From Adineta ricciae (Eukaryota), in the NCBI GenBank assembly GCA_905250025.1, contig CAJNOJ010000414.1:14138-63658 (forward strand): a stretch of DNA of 49,521 nt, given 5' to 3'. The notes below the pieces were generated by a model. It did no database searches and was not told the DNA's origin. It saw nothing but the letters and a program-made list of their open reading frames with translations. The position numbers and the translations under genes were made by a program. Shown here piece by piece: positions 25,972-39,007 of the stretch; the stretch's first letter is position 1, and every line of letters begins with the position of its first letter.

Positions 25972-26500
25972 TTAATATTGCTCTTCAATCGGATTTCCTT
26001 CATCGACTAGACCATGTTCAACCATCGCTTTCCGTCGAACTTTTTCGATCTGTTCCTTCTTTTCGATGTCTTCTTTCTGCAATTTCAGTATTTCTTCTAT
26101 GGTTACTTCCACCAACGGAACGCGTAAAGGTTGATAGTAGTCTAATTCGCCAATGAACAGAACATTTTCACCACGGATAACGAATAAACCACGAGGGATA
26201 TCTGCATAGTGTCGACCGACACAAATACGTTCGAATGCTTGATGAAGCACAAGATTACCTAAACACAATAAAACTCACAATAGAGCAGAGAATTCTTCAT
26301 GAAATTTCCAACCAAACTGATCAAGACTGCGCAGGTGAGCGATCAACGTTCGACCATCACGTAACATAATCATCAACTGTTCTGAGCAAACATGTTCGAT
26401 ATGTAGCAAGTCTGTGAAACAATCACTTACTATCAATATCACCAACTAATGCAGCCATGCCGGATAGATAATAATCATCGTTTACGATACTTAAATCCAT
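25972..26500 (-). CDS. LSM1: LSM1 (Sm-like protein of the cytoplasmic Lsm1-7 complex); 3 exons.
   Basis: Minus-strand exons read MDLSIVNDDYYLSGMAALVGDID / KQLMIMLRDGRTLIAHLRSLDQF / GNLVLHQAFERICVGRHYADIPRGLFVIRGENVLFIGELD...IEEILKLQKE.... This matches human LSM1 (DIDKKHLVLLRDGRTLIGFLRSIDQFANLVLHQTVERIHVGKKYGDIPRGIFVVRGENVV). Confidence 0.85.
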
Positions 26501-26670
26501 CTAAAACGAAATTGACTCTTTATTTCTTAAAATGACCAGGTAATTCATTTCGTCAGAGAGAAATTTGTGTATAAGTGTATGATAAAGCATAAAAAAAACG
26601 AGATTAAATTATGAGATAAAAGAGGACTTCTACATTCTCTAGGGAAAAATATATGATAAAGACTGAGTAT

Positions 26671-28935
26671 TCAGTAGCGACTTATATCTCGTCCGTACAA
26701 ATGCGTACGGATCCAATCAAATGCCAATAATGTCTTCGTGCGTCCTGTAAACATTTCGGTAAAATAAAATGACTTCCAGAGATAAGCAGCACTACGGCCA
26801 GATAACGGCTGTAGGTTGAAGAGATCAAGAATAGGTCTTGTACCAGTAAAATCTAACACAGCAGAATCGCTACCAACATAAGCCAATGAGCCCATATGTT
26901 TGTAGCGAAACGGTTTGAGATTATGTTGTTGATAATCGTTGACTGTTAAATTTGGTATTTGATTAAGTAGATCAGCAACGTATCGACCTTCCTGAGAGGC
27001 GACTTGAGCGGTTGCAGGTAGAGCGCGAATTTTTTTATCAGCTTTTTCGAGTGCCAAATGAAGTGCTGCAAGAGTCAGAAAACCTGATTGATCTTTATCA
27101 GCTTCTTGAAACGTTTTTTCAATTGTTTTCGAGAAGATGTCAAGCTAGAAGAAAAAAGCAGCAAATAATTCTGAAAAGTGAAACGAACAGGAACATTACC
27201 TGAGGAAACTCTGCCACTTTTCGTTCGACCAATAATTTAAATTGCTGAAGATCAAGCGCTCCTCGATGTTGCGTATCTGCTTCTTCAAATAATGTTTGAA
27301 TTTGATCGACTAGTTTAGGTTGTTCAATGGTAGCACAGTCTCCAATGGCAAAGATCGAACCGTCTTCGACACCTTTGACACGTAAATATCGATCGGTCAG
27401 GATTCCAAAGCGGTTGCTTTGAACTTTTAAGCCAATGATCTCTCGAATACGATTTGTTAACGGTCGTGCCTTGATTCCTGTTGCCCAAACGACAACCGAA
27501 CATGGAATAGATGTTAATTGGTTGGAACCTTTGAATTGTATAACAACTTCACGTTGTTTCACTTCTTTCACAAATGTATTCATGAGAACTTCGATATTTT
27601 CACGACGGAAATGTTTCTCTGTATAGTCACTAATTTGTTTGTCCTAAACGTAAATGAAAAGAAATGTTTAGGTTCTTAGCAAAAGAATCATATCAAACCA
27701 TCATAGATAGGACATGATCAAGTGCTTCAATCAATGTTATTTTCACATCATTGGCAACAAGTCGTGGAAAATAATGGTGAAGATCTTCACGAACTAAATC
27801 AGCAAGCTACATACAGAAAACAAAGGTCACTTTTTTCACGATCGGTTGTGTATTATTCTTACCTCAGCAGCGAATTCGACACCTGTTGGTCCACCGCCGA
27901 CAACAACGAAATGAAGAAGACGTTTTCTTTCTTCATCAGTTTGAGATGGTGTGTTGGCTGATTCGAATGCGTCACTGATCGCTGACCGTATACGTCGAGC
28001 ATCGAGAACTTCCTTCAAAAAATGTGCATGCTCTTCAACGCCAGGAGTATTAAATGTGTTATTCTCAGAACCAATTGCAACGACCAATGTATCATATTTC
28101 ATCTGAAATTGTGGTCTACTACGCGCTAAATTCAAACGAATGACTGACTCAAAGTTAGTTCATATTAAGCCTCTTGTACCTGAATCTTTAATTATTCGTG
28201 ATGATGCACCCGCTTCACGTTTCGATGGTCTAACAATAGCTTTGACATCATCACCACGAGACACTGAATTCCCACCATCGCTATTACATGTAATTGTTTT
28301 TGATCTCGGATCAATATCAACGCAATCTGCTTCGACATATTTCACGCGTGGTCCAACTAATGAACGGATCGATTCTATTACTGTACGAGTTTCCACCGTT
28401 CCAACGCTAACGGATGGTAATAAAGGCGTCATTAAAAAGTAATTCCGTGGAGAGACACAGACAACTTCATATTTTTTGCTATCCAGGTGTTTTAACAATG
28501 GCACAGCGCCCCATCCTAAACAAGCTTTGATTTCCATTCAATCGATAACTCATCAATCATTTACCTGTTCCCAATACAACGATCCGTGGCTTTGAACCAA
28601 TAACTTCATCCGACTCCGTTATTTCTTGATACCACCTATAGTTCTGATAACTACGATAACCGTAATAAGAACCACCACCCACAATCGTTACGATGAGAAG
28701 ATTTCTTAAGCGCCGCTTCAGCCTTGCCCCTAGTCACATTCGAGAGGTAAGCTGAAGTCATAGGAAAATATTGTTTTATCCACATACCAAAAGTTTCCTT
28801 TACTGCTTGACCGCGAAACCAAGCAAGATTACGAGTGAGTATTGGCTTCATAGTTTGAATTTGTTTCAGCGAAATATTTCGAGATGCATTCTTTACTAGT
28901 AATTGTTGAAGAAGCAGATTCGACCGAGAAAACAT
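26671..28935 (-). CDS. Type II (alternative, rotenone-insensitive) NADH dehydrogenase, NDH-2 / NDI1-like, with mitochondrial presequence; multi-exon.
   Basis: Exon 1 is a mitochondrial targeting sequence ([20 protein letters not shown]...[12 protein letters not shown]), joined by a 57-nt GTATGT..AG intron to [35 protein letters not shown]...PRIVVLGTG / [11 protein letters not shown] (first dinucleotide fold). It then has [15 protein letters not shown], the second fold [25 protein letters not shown], and the C-terminal [17 protein letters not shown]...[13 protein letters not shown], all collinear with yeast NDI1. There is an insert with a degenerate EF-hand-like loop ([16 protein letters not shown]). 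Confidence 0.85.
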
Positions 28936-29254
28936 CTTTTCTCGTTTCGCTGTACTATTCTGTTTCCAAAAACGGAAAACATGTATTCTGATTCTGTCTA
29001 TAGACTCGATGATTTCGATTGGTGAGATGTGCACCAATGATTTCTTTTCACTAGACTATAGAGCCATCTTTAATCAAAAATAGAAAGCATCCACAAGTTC
29101 TCGAAAAGCCTTAATCCAGCAAGTTTCGAGAAAATTTGAAAACATCTGGTTTGATACAATTTATCGGATTGGTCAATTTTTTATTCGTTCATGTATATAA
29201 ACACAGTCACTTCAAAATATTCATTGTTTCATTGCGTTTCAGGTTGGCAATAAG
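28936..29254. promoter_or_regulatory. Short bidirectional promoter region between divergently transcribed NDH-2 (-) and RPB2 (+).
   Basis: About 320 bp separate the two divergent start codons. This is inferred from gene orientation only; I mapped no motif. Confidence 0.35.
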
Positions 29255-32200
29255 ATGTATTCGAGCAATGACGAAGCGCAAATCGAAAATGATGATGATC
29301 GAGATATTACACCTGAACTTTGGCAAGAAGCTTGCTGGACAGTCATATCATCCTATTTTGCCGACAAAGGTCTTGTTCGGCAGCAACTTGACTCATTTGA
29401 TGAGTTCATTCAGATGTCTGTACAACGCATTGTAGAAGATTCTCCACCGATTGAATTGCAAGCACAAGCACAATATACCCATACGGGACGAGATGCACCA
29501 CCAAAATACACAATCAAATTCGGACAAATCTATCTGTCCAAGCCAATCCATCGAGCCGATGAAGGCACTGTTTATCTCTGGCCTAATGAAGCTCGCTTGA
29601 GAAACTTAACTTATGCAGCACCCTTATATGTCGATCTAAATAAAACCGTTTATAAAGATAATTCACCACCCGAAGAGAAAAAGTATGAGAAGGTACATAT
29701 CGGTGATATACCCATCATGTTGCGTTCAGCATACTGTCTTCTTGCGGAAATGGCGGATCGTGACTTAACAGAACTCAACGAATGTCCACTAGATCCCGGT
29801 GGCTACTTCATTATCAATGGCAGTGAAAAGGTGTTGATCGCTCAAGAGAAAATGGCCACCAATACAGGTGAACATCAATCATATCTCTACATTTGCACAC
29901 CTTTCCTTCTTTCTTTAGTCTACGTATTTTCGATGAAAGACTCCAAATATGCATATAAATGTGAAGTTCGTTCTGTACTGGAAAACTCGAGTCGACCAAC
30001 CAGTACACTGTGGGTGAATTTGATGGCCAAAGGAGCACAGGTTCGTTGTGAAGTGTCACAGATGTGTTTCTTTCCATAGTACATGATTGCTCATGTTCTC
30101 GAGAAAAGAAATATCGTCAATGATTTTCCTGAAGACTGATTCGCAAAACTTGTCACTTCGAATCGATAACAAAGTGAAGATCAATGTGTCACTCTCTTGT
30201 TTCGTTTGATTTTAGGGCGGAAAGAAGAGTGCAATTGGACAGCCCATCATCGGTATTTTGCCTTATATCAAACGAGAGATTCCTATCATGATCGTCTTTC
30301 GCGCTCTTGGCCACGTTTCTGACCGTGATGTTCTTGAACATATCATCTACGATTTTGACGACATGGAGATGATGGAAAAAGTACTGTTGCATATGAGAAA
30401 CAAGTCTTGTGTGATTTACTTGTGCCCTTGTCTCTATTTCAGGTGAAACCATCACTAGACGAAGCATTTGTCATTCAAGATGATAAACTCGCACTCGACT
30501 TCATAGGCGCACGTGGTAGTAATCCTGGTGTGACACGAGAAAAGCGTATTCGTCGTGCGAAAGAAATCTTACAGAAAGAAATGTTACCACATATCGGTAT
30601 CACTCAACATTGTGAAACGAAAAAGGTGTATTTTCTCGGGTACATGGTGAATCGCTTACTGTCCGCAGCTTTGGGTCGCCGCGAACTGGACGATCGGGAT
30701 CACTTGGGAAACAAACGTCTCGATCTTGCAGGTCCACTCCTATCCTTCTTATTTCGTCTTCTGTTCAAGCGTCTGATCAAGTATATAACTGCAGCTGGTC
30801 AAAAGGCAGTCAATAAGAATCGCGATGTTAGTCAATGGGTCGTTCGATCTGATATAATTACTCAAGGCTTGAAATATTCATTAGCTACAGGTAACTGGGG
30901 CGATCAAAAGAAAGCTCATCAAGCGAGAGCTGGTGTCAGTCAAGTGTTAAATCGACTGACATATGCATCCACTCTATCTCATTTGCGCCGAGTCAACTCA
31001 CCGATCGGACGCGATGGTAAACTAGCTAAGCCACGTCAACTACATAACACTCTGTGGGGAATGGTATGTCCTGCTGAAACACCCGAAGGACATGCAGTTG
31101 GATTGGTGAAAAACTTAGCTTTAATGGCCTACATTTCCGTCGGATCTCAACCTCAACCCATTCTCGAGTTTCTCGAAGAGTGGTCAACAGAAAACATGGA
31201 AGAAATCACTCCATCAAGTATTCGAAATGCTGCGAAAATCTTCGTGAACGGCTGTTGGATCGGTATCCATCGTGATCCAGACCAACTGATGAACACCCTT
31301 CGTCGTTTACGTCGTCAATGCGACATCATTGTCAGCGAAGTTTCCATGGTTCGAGAAATTCGCGAACGAGAAATTCGGATCTATAGTGATGCTGGCCGTA
31401 TCTGCCGTCCTCTGATGATTGTTGAGAAACAAAAACTCCTATTGAAACAACGACATGTCAATGCACTCAAGCATCAAGATCCGGAATTCGAGTAAATCTT
31501 CGAAAGGTTTCAAAAATATAAGAACGATTTATATCTGTTTTGTTAGATGGAAGGACTTACTTAGTGAAGGTGTCGTCGAATTCATTGACTGTCTCGAAGA
31601 AGAAACAAGCATGATTGCAATGGTACCTGAAGATCTGCAACCTAAAGGAGAATCAGCCTATTGTTCAACATATACTCATTGTGAAATTCATCCATCCATG
31701 ATCTTGGGTGTTTGTGCAAGTATCGTACCGTTTCCTGATCATAATCAGTCACCACGTAACACATATCAATCAGCTATGGGTAAACAAGCCATGGTAAATG
31801 ATGATGGAACAGTATTGTCTGTTCATACCTAGGTTGACTTTGCTTCTTCTAGGGTGTTTACATCACTAATTTCCATATTCGAATGGACACACTTGCACAT
31901 GTTTTGTTTTATCCACAAAAACCACTAGCAGCCACTCGTGCTATGGAATATCTTCGATTCAGCGAACTACCAGCAGGTAGGAGAAGATGCGTTGTTTCTC
32001 GAAATTGTCCTTCACTTTTCTCATAGGCATCAATGCAATTGTGGCGATCGCTTCTTACACTGGTTACAATCAAGAAGATTCGATCATTCTCAACTGGAGT
32101 TCAGTAGATCGTGGATTCTTTCGATCCGTTTTCTGGCGTTCATATCGAGAAGCTGAAAGTTCGCAAGGCGATCAACATAAAGAGACCATAGAGAAGCCAC

Positions 32201-33870
32201 AACGCACCACGTGTGTCGGTATGCGTAATGCCATCTATGAGAAGCTCGATGATGATGGCATCATCTCGCCTGGTACTCGAGTCAGCGGTGACGATGTTCT
32301 CATTGGCAAAACTGTCACTTTGCAAGATACGGATGATGATGTACGAACATTGCTCGCCATTGTCGCTTTCACCCCATTGCTTTCTTCTCTTTTGTAGCTG
32401 AATAGCAAAGCGAAAAAGTTCATGAAGAAAGATGCCAGTGTGTTTATGCGTGCAAGTGAAACTGGTATTGTTGATCAAGTAAGTTTAGTGAAGTTGTCGA
32501 AAGTGTCAATAAAAACATGTGAATGATGGATGTTTTAGGTGCTTTTGTCGATTAACGATGAAGGCTATAAATTTGTGAAAATCCGTGTACGAACAGTGAA
32601 AGTGCCACAAATCGGTGATAAATTTGCTAGTCGTCATGGTCAGAAAGGAACATGTGGTATACTCTATCGAATGGAGGTAAAGAATAGTTCAGACGGTAGA
32701 TATCATCACAGAGTTGGTTCGAATCTCTATTCGAGCATCGATCGATCTAGTTATCGAGACAAAGATGGATGAATCAAGTCATCATGTCTTACTTAATTCA
32801 TCATGGCTGTTCTCGAAAAACATATTCCTTGTCAACCACTAATCGATTCATCTAATCGATTTAGTCACCTTTTCTCGGATACATGACTTCTTCATTCTTG
32901 TTTGAGAATAAGAAAGCGAAACAAATCCTGTGTTTGTTCTCGTTTCTGAATTCTCACATATCGAACTAACGCATTACATAGCCCCATGTAAACTTCTTTG
33001 TTATGTTTATAGTCGGTACTTTGTGATGGAACACAGTCCCTCTCTCTTCTCTCGACTTCACCTTGACTGACTCTTGTTTCACTTTTTCCAGGACATGCCA
33101 TTCACTGCTGAAGGTATCACACCAGATTTGATCATCAATCCTCATGCTATTCCATCTCGTATGACAATCGGACATTTGATCGAATGCTTACAAAGCAAAG
33201 TTGCAGCCAACAAAGGTGAAATCGGTGATGCCACCCCGTTCAACGACAATGTGAACGTGAAACACATGTCTGAGATGTTGAACGAGTATGGATATCATCT
33301 GCGAGGCAATGAAGTCATGTATAATGGTATGACAGGAAGAAAGTTGACTTGTCAAATCTTCTTGGGACCGACTTAGTAAGAGAGGGATGTTTTGATATGT
33401 GAGTGAATGAGATCTCGTTTGTAGCTATCAACGATTGAAACATATGGTGGATGACAAGATCCATTCTCGTGCTCGTGGTCCTGTGCAAATCTTGAATCGT
33501 CAACCGATGGAAGGTCGTTCGCGTGATGGTGGTCTTCGTTTTGGTGAGATGGAGCGTGATTGTCAAATCTCGCACGGTGCTGCCCAGTTCTTGAAAGAAC
33601 GTCTTTTCGAAGTGTCGGATCCGTACCGAGTGCACGTGTGTAATATTTGTGGTCTTCTTGCCATCGCTAATCTTGCCGAGAAGACATACAGCTGCAAGGG
33701 GTGCACAAACACCACACAAGTATGTTTTCATCAATCATCGACTCCAACTGATAGTTTCGTTTTTCTTTTCTTTGTTCTAGATATCTCAAATACGGCTACC
33801 ATATGCATGTAAATTGCTGTTTCAAGAACTGATGGCAATGAACATAGCACCGCGCATGCTGGTTGACTAA
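29255..33870 (+). CDS. POLR2B: DNA-directed RNA polymerase II second-largest subunit (RPB2); about 12 exons.
   Basis: Near-complete collinear match to RPB2: MYSSNDEAQ...[11 protein letters not shown]...[13 protein letters not shown]..., [22 protein letters not shown] / [111 protein letters not shown]...CKGCTNTTQ / [29 protein letters not shown]-stop. There is one outlier intron of about 410 bp at 32680-33089. Confidence 0.92.
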
Positions 33871-35179
33871 ATTTCGTTTTCTGTCCTTGTTGTTTCTTGT
33901 TAGTGATTGTGTATATAAAGCGGGTTCATGTTCGCAGAGTGTTGAAGGTGAACGAAAAGACTGAAAAATCATTTAGGATGGATTAATCGTGGACAGCTTG
34001 TTGGTTTTTTTTTTGATGTAATAAACTAAATATGAGAGCAGCTATTTTTTTAAACAGAGACGAAGTTCTTTTCTCGAGTGAAAAATATCATTGGCACGCC
34101 CTTGAACGGCTGTTATTAAGATAAGAATGCTCATTCTCGTTGGATTACGTTACTAAATCTTATCGCTTTCATCAGGGATTTCTGTACAATCGAAATAAAA
34201 CAGGTCGTTTGTTACAAGAGAATCTTTTTATTCCATTCTGTAATGAACAGGCGTTCAAATTGATGCATAGAACATATGTAGCTGGTGTTATGTCTGATAA
34301 CATAGTTATGCATGTTAGACAATCGTCGAGGAAATGTACACAGGCAAACAACAGTATCTTGTTTCAACTTCATCATTTTTTTCTCGTCGAACTCATTTGT
34401 TTGTAAGATGACATAATGAGCGAGACATGCTCAAGTGTCTCTAGTTATTATTGCGATAATTATCTGTGTTCATCGAGAAGTTGATCCTCGCATGGAAATA
34501 AAATGTAAATTTTGCTTATTATCAAAAGCATGAGAAAACAAAACGAGCGATGTTTCTTTCAATTAGTCTGCCACATCAACTAGTTCTGACAAGTTGATAA
34601 GAGAAGATATTCTCTGTATTTTCAATTCTTTTTTTTTTGGACTCTCTAATTAATCCATCGTTTGTTCGTGCTTGACCGAACCATAACGGATCGGCTTAAT
34701 GTGTTTCTGAGAAGGAGAAAAAAAAATATGCAAATAGACTGAATAGTGTATATGTGTGTCTTTGTATTTCTCTTTTATCTTTGCTCAGATGGACATTCAT
34801 ATGTCATCTACTCATCTGTCAATATCTTTTGTTCTCTTGAGGGTTTCAGATCATCTTGGAATCAAATGTTCTGGTCTTGATTGATCATTTACCTACTGAT
34901 GAGATGCAGAAAAAAGACGAATACATCACCTAGAGTGCGAATCAATTAGCACAGTTGGATACGAACGAATTCAATTGGTGACATGTACTGTTCGTCATAG
35001 AAGAAACAGTTTATTACAATAATCGAAAAAGAATATAGAAAAGAGCAGAAGGAACTTTCTCAAAGAACATTGTCTATTGGAATTATTTGACAATAAGGCA
35101 CTTATCCGTTGCCGACGTGAAGCATCTGAATAGAAATCGTAATGGAAAAACTGATCGAAAGAGAGAAAAAATTCGTGTA

Positions 35180-35947
35180 CTAACCTTTCTCAACAACTAA
35201 TTTTGTCGTACCTCGTTGACGTTTATATACACACGTCCATATTCCTGAATGATAAATTTGAGCATGCTGAATGATTAAGGACGAAGTTAAACTATTGTTA
35301 AGAAATTTCTTTCGAATATGAACATCATCAGGTTTGCTTTTGTTCATTTGATTGGACACAAAATGCCAATTGATATGTGATAATAACGCTTCCTGATTGT
35401 GATTATCGAGAAAAAGACTACAGTTTAGTTTCACATGCGTTCCTGGTTCAACGTAGAGATATGACGGAAATAGAATCATTGGAATTTGAACATGTAAATA
35501 AATCGCAATGCTCACGCTCGCTCGTCGATTGGCGATCTGACATAGATATGTTCCTTCATCCGATGGATTCAATTCATAGATTTCCAGTGTCCAATGAGAA
35601 TCTCTTAATGAAGACGAGTAAGAAGATATCGAGAAACGCTTATCAGTTGTAAATAATTCTTTGCCAACGGCTAATGGGTACGATAAAGATGTTAATGGAT
35701 CAACTTTAAACCATGTTACATGATGATCATCTAAATCACGAACATGACATGTTAGAATAGCTGTTGATGAAACATTCCATGTTTGATTGTACGTTTTAGT
35801 TAATATTTGAGGAAATTGCTCCTCGGTCGTCGATAATTTTATCACTATGAACAGAGAAAAAAGAAAGAGATTTGATCAAATCTGAGAGAGATTTCCCCAT
35901 AGATGACTTACTGAAAATGACGAGAAAGATTTGTTTAATTTGAAACA
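35180..35947 (-). CDS. Small secreted immunoglobulin-superfamily protein with two Ig-like domains; 2 exons.
   Basis: Exon 1 (MFQIKQIFLVIF) is joined through a 67-nt GT..AG intron to MIKLSTT..., giving a signal peptide. Two Ig folds follow, each with a Cys...W...(D/S)xGxYxC pattern (LTCHV...VTWFK...DEGTYLCQI and VKLNCSL...INWHF...SGIWTCVY). There is no TM segment before the stop. Confidence 0.7.
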
Positions 35948-37979
35948 TCATCATCGATTTGACAGTTTTGCATCACTATTTGACATCGAGAGACAAACTT
36001 CAACAAATCTAATGTTTTACGATTGATTGTGTAAGAAAGCCACTACCTTCGTTCTTTTTCTGTTCGATGTGTTTCTTTTTCAACCGACGATGTTGGTACT
36101 AGACATATGAGATGTATGAAAGAAGATGAACGAAGATTATGCTTATTCTCTTGTGCGATGTGACGAACGAGAGAGAGAGAAGAGGAAGAAGAAAAGAAAA
36201 ATAAACTTAGACTAATGGAATTAGCAATAGGAAGGAGAAAAGATATCTAAGTTAAGAATATGGGATGGATTAAAAGCTGACTAAAAAGAGCGACATACAC
36301 AAAAACAATAAATAGAATATTCATTGCCTTTTGTTCAAAAGGGATTTTCGTATAAGAAAAGAGAAGAAAAAAGATCAAACGTCGTGCATACAAATTGAAT
36401 GATGACGCATCTCATTTATTCTCCACTATTGACAAGATTGATATGTTGAGGTGTGATTCTCTATCATTGAATAGATTACACCTCTCTGTCTTTTATGTTC
36501 TTGTCATACAATTAGTTTCTTTTCGTCTTTTTTTTCCACTGTGCGTGATTGAAGCGACAAATATACTTCTTGTACAGCAGATGAAGACGTACACGCGTGT
36601 CTATCCGAGTCAATTTGATTTTGACACTCATATATATATATGGATAGAAAAATGTAAGCACTTACTTACTCGTTTACACGATACAACTCAGACAAGTCAG
36701 CATGCTTGTCAGTGTTTCAGACAGACTGAACATGACAACAATAAACTAGCTTTTCGTCGAATATTAGTATTTTTTTTCTATGTTCGATTTTAATAAAGAC
36801 GATTATTCGACGTCATGTAACTCACGAGTCTATCTTGAATGCTGAATAGGAAATCAAGGTTGTTTTCTTTTGTTCTGCTACTTCGTTCTTTTCAAGCAAG
36901 ATTAATTATATGAGGAGAATGGAGAAAGACCGTCGTTATAAAGCTGTCAAGTAAAGTCAATATTTTGTTCAATCTCATCGAGCACAATTGGCTAGAGAGA
37001 GACATATGTAAGACATTTGTGATGGCGCTCAAGCGTTAGAATAAATATGGCTAGTACAATGATTTTTTGTCTCTAATCTGATAAACGATATGGTAGGGAT
37101 GTTGTCTCATGAGAAGTTTCATTGCTTTGTTTATCTAACAGCAACAGGTTGAACTTAATTAGACAGTGATTGCTTGTTTTTCTTGCGTACAAATGGCGAA
37201 GAAGACGGAACATTAGATCAGTTAGATATGAATCTTATTAGTAATGGAGGACAAGATTAAATAACTCGTAGAGAGAAAGAGAAAGCGATGTTTATCTTTG
37301 GCATAGGTGAAGTTCTAGTGAATCATCATTGTTATGCGAACTTGGAGGATTTCTTCTCTAAACATTTTTCAAATCTCGATCATTATGAGAAAATTGTTTC
37401 ATCTGTTATTTCAATTCCTGACAAAGTATCGTAGAATTCAAACAAATGTTACCTACAGTTTGCAGTAAGAACACCGAGTAGTTTTGAGTAAAAAATGATA
37501 TTTCTCTTCGGAATGAATAGCGATTACCGAGACACCGGATTCGAAATGATCGAAAACACACATTAGTCAATACGACGGAGAGGAAATGGAGAAAATCGTA
37601 AACAAACATTTTCCGTACTGTTGATCAGGAAAAACTTACTGGTTTACCAATCAAATGATGATTAACAGATCGACAACGAAAGAATAGTATTTTTTTTTAA
37701 GTTGAAAATATCAATGGACCCTATTATATCTGACGAGGAAATCAGATGTCAAGATATTGAAAGAAACGATTTATTTAGAAAAAGTACATGTCAATCGAAA
37801 ATATACTTATCAATCATTGTCGACACACTATTCCAATTTTCTGTACTCGAGTTTCTTTCTGGCCAACCATATATTTCACTTGCAACTGAAATTCTCTTCG
37901 AAAAAAATTTGAACATAAACAATGAACATAAAAGTTGACCTGAAAAGAGATCCACACAAGTTTTTCAAAAGTACTCCGT

Positions 37980-39007
37980 TCATTGACTTACTGCGTAAAA
38001 CAGACTTTGAATCCATCCAAGACCTGTCCATATGCTTATGATCGACAGATAGTTGTTGATTAGATTTGAATCTCGCGGTGAGATAATCTTATAAATGCTA
38101 ACAGGAAGCGCCGTTAGAAAGAAGAAACAAACGCTTCCGATTGTCAGTATAAGCATTTGTCTGTTAACTGATCTTCTCTGTTGAGCATTCCTACAAACTG
38201 CGAACGCATGAATTGGTCGAACAAATGCTTGTTTACGAACATGAACATTGATCAAAATATCAATGACGATGAAGAACATAATCACTGCTGGAATTATACA
38301 TGTAGTGATTATCTAAATGAGCAAAGAATGATCAAGTGAATTCAGGACTTCGCCTTCGACTAACTTGAATTATACTCCAGAACATGTAATAGAAGATTGC
38401 ATATGATTGTTGGGTGAAAGATGGTCCACATGCAGCGATGGCTAAACCAGGAACAAGCATTCCAAACCATTGTGTGAGCAAATGGAAATGCAAGGCGACA
38501 TCGATGATCAGAACGACACCAACTGCTATCAGTCCTTTTGCTGGCGTACATATTACATTGGACTTAAATGGAAATCGCGTGCGAATCCACCGGTCGATAG
38601 AAACAATGACTAAGATCCACGCGGAAGCAAACTGAGCAGCATACATCACAAAATACCGAAATCGGCAAAATCCACTGTACGAAAGTCGACCATAAAACGA
38701 GACCTATCAAGAAATCGTTTTCAAGAGAGAGCGTTAGTCTTTTGTGCGGAGGTATTCATCATACCGAGAAGCCGAATTCGAGATAGTCAAAGATACACAT
38801 GACTAAATACAGTGTGTCGAAGATAGCCAAAGCAATGAACAAACATGCAGTTGATAGTTTTCGCAGTGATGCTCGTGAGAAAGTAAACAGACTAGCTAGA
38901 TTACCTGGAAAACCAAGTAAAAACAGAATGGAATAACCAACTTGGTAGCAGTGATTAACAGCAGTGGGATTGGCAAAAGACAAACGATCTCCGATAGTGG
39001 CGTTCAT
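37980..39007 (-). CDS. Rhodopsin-like GPCR (second receptor gene); 3 exons.
   Basis: Exon 1 (MNATIGDRLS...TM1-TM2) is joined through a gtatga..ag intron to exon 2 (TM3 with SIDRW, TM4-TM5), and through a gttagt..ag intron to exon 3 (TM6-TM7 ...WTGLGWIQSLFYAVSQ). It has an N-terminal NAT glycosylation site and a DRY-type motif. Confidence 0.65.

Noticed and set aside
28651-29037. 128-aa minus-strand ORF (MVHISPIEII...GWWFLLRLS) at the 5' end of NDH-2.
   Set aside because: It is a composite. The true N-terminus starts at the internal MFSRSN Met and leaves this frame through a 57-nt intron. The upstream 30 aa are 5'UTR, and the tail is an out-of-frame read-through.
31938-32478. Several 60-136 aa ORFs on both strands inside RPB2 (31987-32397, 32140-32478, 32213-32401, 32235-32423).
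   Set aside because: They are alternate frames of RPB2 exons and introns.
34560-34590. Small hairpin ATCAACT-(10 nt)-AGTTGAT in the RPB2/Ig convergent 3' spacer.
   Set aside because: It is a 7-bp stem in AT-rich 3'UTR and is expected by chance.
36395-36793. 132-aa plus-strand ORF in the 2 kb spacer between the Ig gene and GPCR2. It adjoins a purine-rich (GA/GAA) tract at 36170-36240.
   Set aside because: It shows no homology signal and has a skewed composition. It is flanked by low-complexity sequence, so it is more likely promoter or UTR DNA of the Ig gene.
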